The notes beneath the pieces are model-generated. The model was not told the origin of the DNA and made no database searches. It saw only the letters and a list, made by a program, of their open reading frames with translations. Both the position numbers and the translations under genes were made by a program. This document shows, piece after piece, positions 1 to 12,550 of a stretch of DNA of 64,000 nucleotides; the stretch's first letter is position 1; each line of letters begins with the position of its first letter. This DNA is from Octopus sinensis (taxonomy: Eukaryota). The stretch is taken from contig NW_021836297.1 of the NCBI RefSeq assembly GCF_006345805.1, positions 1 to 64,000 on the forward strand. The letters run 5' to 3'.

Positions 1-904
1 TGGGAGAGGGGGTGGAGATGTAGTTCTGCTGCTTATAAATACCGCCCGCATTAAGGCAGGGGCGAATGTTTGTCAATAGAATGTTCTTCATACTAAATAC
101 AAATGTAAATACGGTAGAATCACACAGATTTGTAATATAACCAATTGGAGAACAACGATCAAAGGATATATCAAAGAAAACAATTGATAAAAGCCTTCCT
201 CTGTGCGTGTTTATTATCTAAAAACAACATGCAAGGTACGTAACTCCAGTAAGAACAACTGATCGAAATTTGAAGGGGCAATGTAGACGAAGTCAATCGG
301 AAGTGATTTGATTTTCATGTCTCTAAAGGAGGACATTTTCGTTTCCTTAACATATCCTTAGAACAAATCAATTGCAACATGGTATTGATTTATTTCCTTA
401 TTAATTCCATGATTGCAACTGCAGACCAAAGACCTCAAAACAATAAACGAAAGCGTAAACGTTTTACAGTTTTTTTCGTTTCGTTTTGTTTTTCGTTTTT
501 CGTTTCCGTTTAGAAATAATGGTCTGTAGTCGCAATTAAACGTAGTCTTTAAATTAGAAAATGCAACATTGTTTTACTTGCCCCGAGATGAAGAATTCCA
601 TATTGCATGAATTTATAAATTTGTGGAACTTTTTTTTATAATAAAACAATGAAGCCAGATCTACAGGTGACGCAGAAGTTTTGTAAGATTTACTAATTTA
701 CTGAAATTGTCGTTCATTTGGGAAATCTTACGCAATATGATGTAAAACAAGATGCGAATAACATTTGAAAGAAGAAGAAAATGTGCTGTGTTTGAAAGAA
801 ACCATGGCGACGCTTCTTAATTACTCAAGTCCATTAATTCTTCCTGTAATTTTCATTATTGACATTTGTCGTTCTATGATTCCAGAAAAGGTAAGCTGTT
901 CCAT

Positions 905-1314
905 ACTCTTTACTCTCCTTTACTCTTTTACTTGTTTCAGTCATTTGACTGCGGCCATGCTGGAGCACCGCCTTTAGTCGTGCAAATCGACCCCGGGACT
1001 TATTCTTTGTAAGCCCAGTACTTATTCTATCGGTCTCTTTTGCCGAACCGCTAAGTGACGGGGACGTAAACACACCAGCATCGGTTGTCAAGCAATGCTA
1101 GGGAGACAAACACAGACACACAAACACACACACGCATACATATATATACATATATAGACGACAGGCTTCTTTCAGTTTCCGTCTACCAAATCCACTCACA
1201 AGGCATTAGTCGGCCCGGGGCTATAGCAGAAGACACTTGCCCAAGGTGCCACGCAGTGGGACTGAACCCGGAACCATGTGGTTGGTTGGCAAGCTACTTA
1301 CCACACAGCCACTC
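905..1314 (-). mobile_element. tRNA-derived SINE family A, near full length
   Basis: On the minus strand: tRNA-like head (GTGGCTGTGTGGTAAG...GGGTTCAGTCCC, A/B-box-like), CORE-like CTTGGGCAAGTGTCTT, internal TA/TG microsatellite, and 3' tail CCAGCATGGCCGCAGTCAAATGACTGAAACAAG(TAAAAGAG)n. Near-identical copies at 20513, 28124, 42190 and 54936. Confidence 0.9.
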
Positions 1315-2314
1315 GATAGCGTTTTTTTTTTTTTTTTTGCTTCTTTTACTTGTTTCTGCCATTGGACTTACAACCATACTGGGGCACAGTCTTGAAGGAT
1401 TTAGTCGAATAAATTGACCCTAGTGCTTTTTTTTTTAAAGTCTACCGGTACTTATTCTAACGTTAACTTTTTGTCGAACCGCTAGGTTATGATGACGTCA
1501 GGCGGTGGTGGAGACAACCACAACACACATACTTATACATATATAGGACAAGTTTTACCTATTTCTCCGTAGACTGAAAAACAATACGAACGGCCTTAAC
1601 CTATTTTCGAACCTTATTGGGGTCTCATCAGGGGTGTTTATATTACTTTAATCTATCCTGGAGAAACAAGCAGCCAATCTGTTTATATACACAACAAATC
1701 CAGTTGCTACATAGAACTGGAGCACCTAATTTGCATACCACGTCGATTCCCAAAATGATGTAATTAGGAGCAAAAAGGCTGATATGCTACCAGTCTACAT
1801 CAACCAGAGGATAGTTTCCTAACAGTTTTTGAATTTACAACTAGGAAACAGTTGATGTAAAATGTGCCACGAAGACTGCTTTCCTGTTGGTTTGTCTTGT
1901 GAGTGCTGTGATGGTGAATAAAGATTTTCCCGGGTGGTGAGTGACCTTCTCCACGTGCTATAAGTAGTGTTTTTTCGTGTATATCACTGCAGGGCATTTG
2001 TAAGAGAAGCATTTGTGTGTTCTGAAGATATAAACATTGGTTGTGTGAGAGACGTGAAAGAAGGGGAAATAGTTTAGCGCACTTGGAGGAATCAGAAATC
2101 AAGTAAATTTGTTGTAAAGGGAAAATCGCAGCAGGATTAGTGGAGGCTAATCAATTGGCCTGAATTAGAGGCTAAGAAGTAGAGAAAGATGCGAGGTACG
2201 ATGCTGTGATTAAACAGGGGTCAGGCGATTTGATATGATTAGAGAGGATTATAGCTTTGTTTAGCGGAGGGAAAGGAATCAAGACTCTTTGGTCAATCAT
2301 TGTACTTTGTACAT

Positions 2315-2586
2315 GACTGACTGACTTCACAGCATTCACTCGGGATGGGTTGAGCTGGCTTCATTCATCCTCAATGCTGCATCTCTCACAAACGCCGACC
2401 TGACCTGACGATTTGAGGCTAACGACCGCGTGATCTCCAACCACTCCTTATTCCAGCGGCGAACGCCATAGACATGGGGGCCTAGGTTGGGCTCCAGATC
2501 AGCCTTGACTGTCATCAGCCAGGTTTTTCGTTGTCCACCACATCGCTTTCGCCAACACTAAAGGGGAGCTGGGGCAATTGCTAAGA
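2315..2586 (-). mobile_element. 5'-truncated RTE-clade LINE 3' end with 14-bp TSD
   Basis: Minus-strand translation WRKRCGGQRKTWLMTVKADLEPNLGPHVYGVRRWNKEW...STHPE* resembles an RTE ORF2 C-terminus. (AGTC)n tail; TGTACTTTGTACAT duplicated at 2301-2314 and 2587-2600. Confidence 0.8.
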
Positions 2587-2987
2587 TGTACTTTGTACAT
2601 CTTAGCACTGTACTTGATGTAAGTTCTACATGCACTTCGGGCTAAATTTGATGATTCTATATGTCTTCATATTTTCGAAACAGCTTGATGGCGTTGGAGA
2701 GCATAAAGGTTGTAGTTGACAAAAAGTTAGCTGAAGCCGTCTAAATAAAGGAAAGGGGTTACTTGTATAATAAAGAGGCTATTGCACTCGCGATCGCAAG
2801 ATCACGGTTTCGACTCCCAGACTGGCGATACGTCGGGTTCTTGGCTGTTCCTGTCCACACAACTGAGTAACCCTTTGGTGGATTGTGAGATGTAACACTA
2901 CTCTGTGACAAAATATACTCTGTGTGTATTAAGCAACCTATGATATAGCACTGTGCGCTATGTGACATAATAGTCGTTTCTGCTATG

Positions 2988-3901
2988 GGCACAAGGCCTG
3001 AAATTTTGGGGTGTTGGGATAAGTCGATTACATCGACCCCACTGCCTGACTGGTACTTAATTTACCGACACCAAAAAGATAAAACGCAAAATCGACCCTG
3101 GTGGAATTTGAACTCAGAAACGTAAAGACGGACGAAATGCTGCTAAGCATTTTGTCCGGGGTGCTAACGGCTCTGCTACCACGCCGCCTTAGTGTGTAAT
3201 ATAATAGTTTCAAATATTTGCCGAAAGGGTAGCTTGGTGGAGGGGATTAAGTCGATTAAATCGACCCCAATGCATAACTGGTACTTATTTAATCAACCCC
3301 GAAAGAGTGAAAGGCAAAGTCGACTTGCGCGGAATTTGAACTCAGAACGCCTTAACGTGTCATATAATAAGAAACCCTACTTTTGATGACTGTACTACCC
3401 TCCCTGTATAACATAGCCCCAAAGTGTGTGTGTATGTGTGTGTGTGTGTGTGTGTGCGTGTGCGTATGCGTGCGTGCGATAATATATGGGACGCGGAATG
3501 TGCTGGAATGTGCGGCAGCAATATTCCAAAACTTATAAAATACAAAGAATCGAACCGCTGACGAGAATTCTCCACGGCAGTGCCCCAGCATGGGCGCAGT
3601 CTGATGACAAGGAAAGAATATAAGATGAATGCATACACACACATATGTATGAATGTATTTATACATATATATTTCTTTACTACCCACAAGGGGCTAAACA
3701 TAGAGGGGACAAACAAGGACAAACAAAGGGATTAAGTCGCTTACATCGACTCCAGTGCGTAACTGGTACTTATTTAATCGACCCCCGAAAGGATGAAAGC
3801 AAAGTCGACCTCGGCGGAATTTGAACTCAGAACGTAGCGGCAGACGAAATACCGCTTAGCATTTCGCCCGGTGTGCTAACGTTTCTGCCAGTTCGCCGCC
3901 T
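2988..3901 (-). mobile_element. Cluster of SINE family B copies (about 2988-3190, 3205-3350, 3672-3901) with a SINE A 3' relic between them
   Basis: Reverse complement of GGCGGCGAGCTGGCAGAA...GAGTTCAAATTCCGCCGAGGTCGACTTTGCCTTTCATCCTTTCGGGGTCGATAAA, a tRNA-like head plus a Meta/MESC-like central domain. Confidence 0.85.
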
Positions 3902-4864
3902 TTATACACATATACGTGCGTGTGTCTGTGTATGTGTATGTGTGTGTCTGTGTGTGTGTGTCCCCTGTATAATATGGCATATATCCGGCAATGCTTGACA
4001 CTGTACCCTGTGTAAATGACACGACAGCGTATTATAACCCTATATAACCTGATACTGCGCTTCTACCCGTATACCATAATGTTATGTGTAACTTAACACC
4101 GCGTCTCCTTTAAACAGAAAACTGTTCTCAACACAAAAGTGATTTCGCTGGGAACTGCTTCTCAAGGGGAGAGAATCGCTTCTAGGTTTAGTTTTACGTC
4201 GGGGAATCATTATCAAAGAATGGTTGTATACTGTCAATCTAACAAGAACGTGACAGTAGGGGGTACACCACCGCTGTATAGCCCTAGGAAGCATCGAACG
4301 CCTCCTGATAGCTTTGACACATTTTTTTCCTGTGTCCTTATATACATATACGAAGGGGAGACAAACACCCCCTTATGAAAGATTGGAAGAAAAAAAAAAA
4401 GACATTTATATCTTTCCTTTTAATTCTTTTACTGATAATTTTGCTTTGCTTTTTCTTTTTTTTTTTTTTTCTCCTCTCCCAGTTCTTTTCCACTGTTCGT
4501 CCACATCCGTCTCGGCTGTCTTTCATCACAACTAACTTGGTCCTTATAAACAGAATCAATCAAGAAGATTGTTCTTTCATGACCACCCCCCCACCACCAC
4601 TACCACCATCCCCGGCCTCTTATGCCACAGACTAATTCCCCACCTCCATTCACTTCATGCCATCCCCTTTTTTTTTTTTCATGTTGCTTCAGCTTCATCC
4701 TCTTCACCGTTCAGGAATGTAATGACGCTAACCTTACTTTTCCTACGACATTTTGTCCCACTTTTTTTCGACCCTTTTCCCCTGTACTGAGTTATATATA
4801 ACACTGTTTATAAGGCCCCTTTCTCCCTTCTTTCCCCCCTCTCTCGCTCGCTCTCTCTTTCTCT

Positions 4865-4916
<52 letters not shown>

Positions 4917-5257
4917 CTGTCTATCTCATGCTTCTCCTTTCCCTACATCAGCACGTATGCATGCGTATGTGTGCGGATGAGGCGCGTGCATGTATCAGTA
5001 TGAGTATGACTCTCTGTGTGTGCGTGCATGTGCGTGCGTGTGTGTGTGTGTGTGTGTGTGTATGCGCGTGCGTGCGCTAATATATGGGTCGCGGAATGTG
5101 CTGGAATGTGGCAGCAATAATTCCAAAACTTATAAAATATAAAGAAACGAACCACTGACGAAAATTCTCTACAGCAGTGCCCCAACATGGGCGCAGTCTG
5201 ATGACAAGGAAAAAAATATAAGATGAATGCATACACACACATATGTATGAATGCATT

Positions 5258-5286
5258 TATATATATACGTATAATTACTTATATAT

Positions 5287-5322
<36 letters not shown>

Positions 5323-5356
5323 CATAGTATATATATACAATATATATATATATGAT

Positions 5357-5426
<70 letters not shown>

Positions 5427-5456
5427 ATATATATATATATATATTATATATATATA

Positions 5457-5516
<60 letters not shown>

Positions 5517-5545
5517 CATATATATATTATATATATATGTATGTG
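5258..5545. repeat. (TA)n microsatellite
   Basis: Direct reading. Confidence 0.95.
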
Positions 5546-5704
5546 TGTATGTATGTTTGTCTCCACCATCACTTGGCAACCGATGTTAGTGTATTTATGT
5601 CCTCGTAAGTCCTGGGGTCGATTTGTTAGGCTAAAGGCGGTGTTCCAGCATGGCCACAGTCAAACGACTGAAACCAGTAAAAGAATATATGTACGCGTAT
5701 GTGT

Positions 5705-6085
5705 GTATTCTTTTGCCTGTTTCAGTCATTTGATGGTGGCCATGCTGGAACACCGCCTTAAAGTGTTTTTTTTTCTTTTTTTTTAAATCGAAGAAATTGA
5801 CTCTAGTGCTAGTACTTATTCTACCGGTGTCTTTTGCCGAACTGCTAAGTTACAGGTATGTAAACACACCAACATCGGTTGTCGAGCAATTATGGAGGGA
5901 CAAACAGACAGAAAGAACACACACACACACACATATATGTGTGTGTGTATGTGTGTGTGTGTATACATATATATATACATATGCACATATATATATATAT
6001 AATATATATATATATAACACACATACACATATAACATATGTATATATATATATATTATATAATTTATATATACATAGATATATAC

Positions 6086-6123
<38 letters not shown>

Positions 6124-6278
6124 ACGGGCTTCCTTCAGTTTCCGTCTACCAGATCCACTCACATGGCTTCGATCGACCCGTGGCTACAATAGAAGACACT
6201 TGCCCAGGGTGCCACGCAGTGGAGGGATGAACCCGGAACCATGTGGTTGGGAAGCAAGCTTCTTACCACACAGCCACT
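5705..6278 (-). mobile_element. SINE family A copy with expanded internal CA/TG/TA microsatellite
   Basis: Tail at about 5705-5915 and head at about 6122-6278 match family A, separated by about 200 bp of simple repeat. Confidence 0.8.
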
Positions 6279-6654
6279 ATATGATAAATTTGTGTGTGTG
6301 TGTGTTTGTGTCTCAGTGTGTGTACATATATGTGTTTGTGTGTTTGTGTAGAAATACACAGACACTCACAGACACACACACATATGTGTCACTACTGGAA
6401 TTATATTATGGAATGGAGAGATGTTAGGCACGTTTCTCAACCCTTCCCCTCTAACCAAACTTATTTAACACCACTAAAAGACTGGCTGTCGGTGTTTGAG
6501 GTTTCAGAATAAAATTTCGGTATTTGGTTGAAGATGGTGTTGGAATTATGCTCCACAGTTGATGTTGAAGATAGATGATGAGGATGCTGGCAATGATAAA
6601 AGGACTTCAAATGAGATCAATCATAACGGGAGAAACTACTGAACAGGAATGGGG

Positions 6655-7101
6655 TCACCACTGCTACTTTCACCACCACCACCACCATCACCAGTACTCC
6701 CATCACCACGCCCATCTCCACCACCACCACCACCATCATCACTATCACCAGCGTCACCACCACGACTACCACTACCGCTATCACTACCACCATCACCACC
6801 GTCACTGCCACCACCACGACTACCGCCGTCACCACTATCACCATCACTACCACAATCACGACCATCACCACCACCATCACCAGTACCATCAATACCACCA
6901 CCACCACCATCATCGTCACCGCCACTAACACTACCACCACCACCACCACCACCATCGCCACCACCACCATCACCATAACCATCACCACTACCACCACCAT
7001 CGCCACAACTACTACCACCACTATCACCACCACCACAACCACCATCACTACCACCAGCACAACCACCATCACTACCATCACTACCACCACCATCACCACC
7101 A
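6655..7101. repeat. (CAC/CAT/TAC)n trinucleotide low-complexity tract
   Basis: Direct reading; gives spurious poly-H/P/V/G ORFs. Confidence 0.95.
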
Positions 7102-7139
7102 CGTAATTGCAAGGTTATCTCTTTGATTAACCGAGGACA

Positions 7140-7370
7140 ACCTTTGATCTTCTCAAGTGAGGTTCATAGCAATAAAGGAAGCCATCAAAATACGATCAAA
7201 CTGAGACAGAGAGAAGACGAGGGATTTTCGGGTTGCAAATGGGACCCCGTCTCTGGAATTGATTAAGGGACGAGGTGAAACAGAGCGGGTAACACAAGTT
7301 ATGTCTGCTAAGACATACAGCCTTTCGAAGAATCTGGCAGTTTCTGAACCGAAATTCCGCCACAAGATGA
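7140..7370 (+). mobile_element. Possible Penelope-like element 3' relic (GIY-YIG C-terminus plus decayed hammerhead-like motif)
   Basis: Frame-shifted peptides AIKEAIKIR, EDEGF and WDPV resemble the PLE endonuclease C-terminal KEAIxI..DEG..W.P pattern; followed by TCGAAGAA...ACCGAAA. Confidence 0.4.
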
Positions 7371-7419
7371 CACGCAATACGACCGACTTCCCCCTGTGTG
7401 CGCCTGTGTATGAGTAAAA

Positions 7420-7631
7420 GGCGCGTGGCTTAGTGGTTACGGTACTCGGTTCAAGGTCGTAAGGTCGAGGGTTCGATTCCCGACTGTGCGTTGTGTCATT
7501 TAGTAAGACACTTTATTTCACATTCCCGCAGTTCGCTCTGCTGGCAAAAATGAATTGTACATGTCTTTTGAAAGGGTCAGCCTTGTCACATTCTGTGTCA
7601 AGCAGAATTTCCCTGAGAACTATGTTATGGA

Positions 7632-7671
<40 letters not shown>

Positions 7672-7945
7672 GTGGCTCGCGATCATTGGTTTGTGAGTTC
7701 GATTGCCGGCGGCGCCTTGTGCTTCTTGAACAAGACACTTTACTTCACGTTGCTCCAGTCCACTCAGCTTGTTAAAATTAGAGTACCTGTATTTCAAAGG
7801 GGACAGCCTTGTAACGCTAATTCTCCCCGAGAATTAAGGTTACACGTATCTGTGCAGTGCTCAGCCACTCGCACCTTAATTTCACAAACAGGCTTTTAGT
7901 TGATCGTATCAACTGTAACCCTCGTCGTCGTAACCAACGGAGGGC
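7420..7945 (+). mobile_element. Two tandem SINE family D copies (CORE-like body, family-C-type 3' tail)
   Basis: GGCGCGTGGCTTAGTGGTTA...GGTTCGATTCCC head, AAGACACTTTATTTCAC body, and tail GTATTTCAAAGG...GTGCTCAGCCAC...CGTCGTAACC shared with family C. Confidence 0.75.
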
Positions 7946-8006
7946 CAGTATGTGTGTGTGTGTGTGTGTTGTGTGTGGTTTTACTCAAGCGAACGAAGCC
8001 CGTATC

Positions 8007-8308
8007 GTTTGTTCCTTTTCGAGCCACACCTGGCTCATAAGGGCTGGTTTCCCGGTTTCCTTGGCGTATAGGTTCCCCATCTGGACGGGACGCCGATCCG
8101 TCGGAGTTGAGCTGCTAGATGCAGGAGGAAAGAGTGAGAGAAAGTTGTGGCGAAAGAGTCAGCAGAAGTTCGCCATTACCTTCTGCTTGAGCCGCGTGGA
8201 GCTTAGGTGTTTCGCTCATAAACACACACATTGCCCGGTCTGAGATTCGAACCCGCGATCCCTCTATCGCGAGTCCGTTGCTCTAACCACTAGGTCATGT
8301 GCCTCCAC
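8007..8308 (-). mobile_element. SINE family E (family-C-type head, different 3' tail)
   Basis: Minus-strand head GTGGAGGCACATGACCTAGTGGTTAGAGCAACGGACTCGCG...GGGTTCGAATCTC like family C, then tail GGCGTCCCGTCCAG...GGAAACCGGGAAACC. Confidence 0.8.
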
Positions 8309-8419
8309 AAGGACACCGTATGCGGATCAAATTCAGTATTAAGATATAAAATTGTTCCTCTAGAACATTATGAGATTAAAACTAAAACCGATTAGCACTA
8401 GGTTTATTACATACAAGCA

Positions 8420-8789
8420 TAGGCATGGCCGTCTGCTAAAGAAGCTCGCTTCGCAATCACGCTATCTCGGGTTCAATCCCACTGCGTAGCACATTGGAAA
8501 AGTATGTTCTACCATCGCTCCGGACCGACCAATCTCTTGTGAGTGAATAAGGCAGACGGAAACTGTGCGGAAACCTGTAATGTGTGTGTGTTTCTGTGTT
8601 TGTGCCCTGCCACTGCCATAGAACCGTGTTGTTTTATTTAAGTCGCTGTAACATAATGGTTCGGCGAATGAGATCGATAGAATAAGTACCAGGCTTTAAA
8701 ATTTAAAGTACTGAGGTCGATGCTTGACTAAAATCCATCATGGCAGTCCTCCAGCATGGCCGCAGTCAAATGACTGGAACAAGTAAAAG
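8420..8789 (+). mobile_element. Diverged SINE family A copy
   Basis: GGGTTCAATCCCACTGCGT head and CCAGCATGGCCGCAGTCAAATGACTGGAACAAGTAAAAG tail. Confidence 0.8.
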
Positions 8790-8935
8790 CTAAAAAAAGA
8801 CAAGATACAGCGCCAACGAAATTAAGACAAACTTTTGCGTCTTAGAATCGAGGGATCCAATAGTCAACGAAAAACAAAGAAAAAGTCGCATTAAATTCAG
8901 AATCTTGCAGCGAATAAAATTATAAACATTTAGAA

Positions 8936-9098
8936 CAGCGGTTCTCAACCGCGGCTCCCAGGGCCTCATGTGGCCCTCAAGCATCCTTCTATAAATATAA
9001 TTACATTTTTCTTTAATTAACTTGTGTTTAACTTGTTTTGGTGCGGCCCCGTGAAGTTTTGGGTTTGGCTCCGATATCAAAACGGTTAAGAACCACTG
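8936..9098. mobile_element. hAT (Charlie/MER5-like) MITE, 163 bp
   Basis: TIRs CAGCGGTTCTCAACC / GGTTAAGAACCACTG; 8-bp TSD ATTTAGAA (8928-8935) / ATTTGGAA (9099-9106). Confidence 0.85.
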
Positions 9099-10296
9099 AT
9101 TTGGAACGGTGTAAATTAGTGCTCTGAGAATGGTAAAGACATTAATGTGAAGACACTAGAGTACTTTTAACCGTCACGTGATAAGCAGCGTGAAATTCAG
9201 AAAAGAGGACTGTCTAAAAAAATTTAATAATGCAACAAGTGCGTTCTGAAAACGGATGCAACTAGGTGCATGAGCTTTAAGAAATAGTAAAAGGTCAAAC
9301 GAGGGCCGGTGCTAGGAAGTGCGGCGCCCAGTTAGAGAATTATTGTACAAAAGCTTAAGAATGAGGTTTTATGCTTCGTGTTGTACGCCTGTGCCAGCCA
9401 AAAAGCGTTGAGGGCTTGAGGCTCCACCATTAGCCACGATGATATACTACAAAAGTCATCAATGCGTCCTCCACTCGAACGAGTACGTAAGGCCCTCTCT
9501 TGAGACAGGGTCTAATTTGAACAAATATATCTAATTGGTTTAAAACCAACCCCGGGTTAAACATGTCCTACCATCGAAAACGTTGAAAACATTAACATTA
9601 TGAAGAACTGTAGGGATGAACAGTATATACCTGGCTCCTCAAAGATGAGACATATATACACAGTTGCTTCTCTTTAAAACCTTACAGTTTAGAGAAGTCT
9701 CTCAAAATATATTAGAAAAAGTTGATGCACCTCTCAAGCAGAGAAACATTGTGCATACGACTTCGTAAGAATGTGTCGCTCGCTTCTCTCCCCAAGTGCA
9801 TCGCTCCTCTGTTGAGTTTTCTTTTAGTCACAAGTCCTTTTATTCTAATAGCTTCTTCTATGGAACTGCTGCTCTCTGCAACTCACCACCATCGTCTTGT
9901 TTTCCTCTGGTCTATGATATTGAGCCTTTAAGCTTTCTATTGACTGACACCGTTTGAATTTGTAAGCCTTTTCTTTTACCTTTTTGTACCTCTTAAGCCA
10001 CAGTGGCCTCAAGTTTTTGCGGTGAAAAATTCATTGAGAAAGATGTAGAAAACTTATTATTTGAAGCACAAAACCCAGGCATTGCCTTTATGTTCTTATC
10101 AGGTTTATGTTTTTATCTAGAAATAGCTATTAACATGAACTGAATAATTTGCTGTGCATTTAACGAATTGATATGCCATCCATTTGCCGGTGTCCCAGTG
10201 TTAAAAGTTGCTAAGCGAACGGGATTTCCAACAGATCCAACTTACGGTCAAAAGCCTTCGGTAACGTGTAGGACATTGTTACGATATGCTGATTAA

Positions 10297-10711
10297 GGCG
10301 GCGAGCTGGCAGAAACGTTAGCACGCCGGGCGAAATGCGTAGCCGTATTTCGTCTGCCGTTACGTTCTGAGTTCAAATCCCGCCGAAGTCGACTTTGCCT
10401 TTCATCCTTTCGGGGTCGATAAATTAAGTACCAGTTACGCACTGGGGTCGATGTAATCGACTCAATCCGCTAGTCTGTCCTTGTTTGTCCCCTCTATGTT
10501 CAGCCCCTTGTGGGTAGTAAAGAAATAGGTATTTCGTCTGTCGTTACGTTCTGAGTTCAAATTCCGCCGAGGTCAACTTTGCCTTTCATCCTTTCGGGGT
10601 CGATAAATTAAGTACCAGTTACGCACTGGGGTCGATGTAATCGACTCAATCCGTTAGTCTGTCCTTGTTTGTCCCCTCTGTGTTCAGCCCCTTGTGGATA
10701 ATAAAGAAACA
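10297..10711 (+). mobile_element. SINE family B with tandemly duplicated body, 14-bp TSD
   Basis: Full copy 10297 to about 10530, then a repeat of the body; GATATGCTGATTAA at 10283-10296 and 10712-10725. Confidence 0.9.
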
Positions 10712-10779
10712 GATATGCTGATTAACGATTAATAACAACAATAATAATGATTATAATATCAATAGTATTAATAGTTATT

Positions 10780-11207
10780 TCGAATTTTGGCACGAAGCCA
10801 GCAATAATAGGAGGTAGGATCAGTCGATTTCAATGACAGCAGCACTTCACTGATACTTTATTTTATCGACCCGAAAGGATTAAAAGTAAGGTTGACCTTG
10901 GTGGGATTTGAACTCAGAATGCAAAAAGCCAGGAAAGAACGCCGCTAAGCATTTCGCCCGGCGTGGTAATGGTTCTTATAGCTCGCCGCATTTTTAATTA
11001 TGCTGGTTTCAAATTTTGGTACAAGGCCAGCAATTTTGAAAGAGGAGAAAATTCGATTACAACAACTGGTACTTACCTTATCGACCCCGAAAGAATGAAA
11101 GAACGAAAGTCGACCCCCGGTGGAATTCGAACTCAGAACATAAGGGCGGACGAAATACCGCTAAGCATTTTGTCCGGCTTGCTAATGATTCTGCTAGCTC
11201 ACCACCT
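10780..11207 (-). mobile_element. Two diverged SINE family B copies (short-tail subtype)
   Basis: TTATCGACCC...GATTTGAACTCAGAA...CTAAGCATTT motifs, inverted relative to the 10297 copy. Confidence 0.75.
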
Positions 11208-11249
11208 TAATAATAATAACAACAACGTTAATATTGTTGAAGTAATAAC

Positions 11250-11250
11250 C

Positions 11251-11281
<31 letters not shown>

Positions 11282-11516
11282 TTGCTATTGTCGCTATTTT
11301 TGCTACTACTACTACAACTGCTACTATTATTATTATTACTTTTACTACTTCTACAACTCCTACTATTGCTACTATTACTACTACTAATATTACTACTTCT
11401 ACAACTTCTGCTACTACTACTACTACTACTGCCACTGCTACTACTACTACTACTACTACTGCCACTGCTACTGCTACTACTATTACTGCTTCTACTACTA
11501 CTACTACTACTAATAT

Positions 11517-11550
<34 letters not shown>

Positions 11551-11656
11551 GCCACTGCTACTACTACTACTACTACTGCCACTGCTACTGCTACTACTAT
11601 TACTGCTTCTACTACTACTACTACTACTAATATTACTACTTTTACAACTTCTGCTG

Positions 11657-11697
<41 letters not shown>

Positions 11698-11705
11698 GCT
11701 ACAGC

Positions 11706-11739
<34 letters not shown>

Positions 11740-11751
11740 GCTGCTGCTGCT
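11250..11751. repeat. (CTA/CTG)n trinucleotide tract with internal higher-order duplications
   Basis: Direct reading; source of the poly-T/S/V/L ORFs. Confidence 0.95.
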
Positions 11752-12148
11752 GGCCATCTTGACATCCAGGGGTGTCATATTACACCATTGACAAGAAACC
11801 GTGCTTCTGCTTCAACTAGAATTCCGTAGACATTCCATAACAGTTGACGCTAGATAATGGCAACAGACACAGATTTACCAATCGCCAATAAAGCAGCAGA
11901 GTAAACAATTCCTTTGAATAGCAGACGGTTTTTCAGAAAGCAATTCTCTTAAAGACCAACGAGATTAATGCAGTTTCTCAGAACTGGCAAATACCAGACA
12001 CCTATTCTTCTCCCCCCCGCCGTCCCCCCCCCCCAAAATAAATAGAACGCCTGGTCCCCCCCCCTTTACTTGCGTAAGTCACTGGACTGTGGTCAAGCTG
12101 GAGCACCGCCTTGAGAAAAGTTTAGTCAAGCAAATCGCCCCCGATCCT

Positions 12149-12182
<34 letters not shown>

Positions 12183-12517
12183 TGTGTGTATGTGCGAGTG
12201 TGTGTGTGTGTGTATGTGCGAGTGTGTGTGTTGTTTGTGTGTGTTTTAAGACTAGTCCTTACTGTATCGTTCTCTTCTGCCGGAATACGACGTTACTGGG
12301 ACATGAACAAACCAACACCGGTTGTCAAGCGGTGTTGGTGGAGGCGGTGGGAGGGTGGTGGTCATCGATGTCCATCGCTTCAGGGTGGTACTTGGAGTGA
12401 AGTGTCTCGCCTGTCTATGACTATGTTTATCAGGTGTTATCACATCCAGCGCTTACAGAGGGTCGTCTCCACCGCATCCATTCGCAGCCAACAGGTGAAC
12501 AAGCAAAGCACATACAC

Positions 12518-12550
<33 letters not shown>

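Noticed and set aside
30-60. TATA box TATAAATA near the window start
   Set aside because: Isolated short motif in AT-rich DNA with no downstream gene evidence.
6575-7112. His-, Pro-, Gly- and Val-rich ORFs
   Set aside because: Translations of a (CAC)n tract with no complex coding context.
10963-11829. 288-aa Thr/Ala-rich mucin-like ORF
   Set aside because: The N-terminus is antisense SINE B and the rest is (CTA)n repeat open in several frames.
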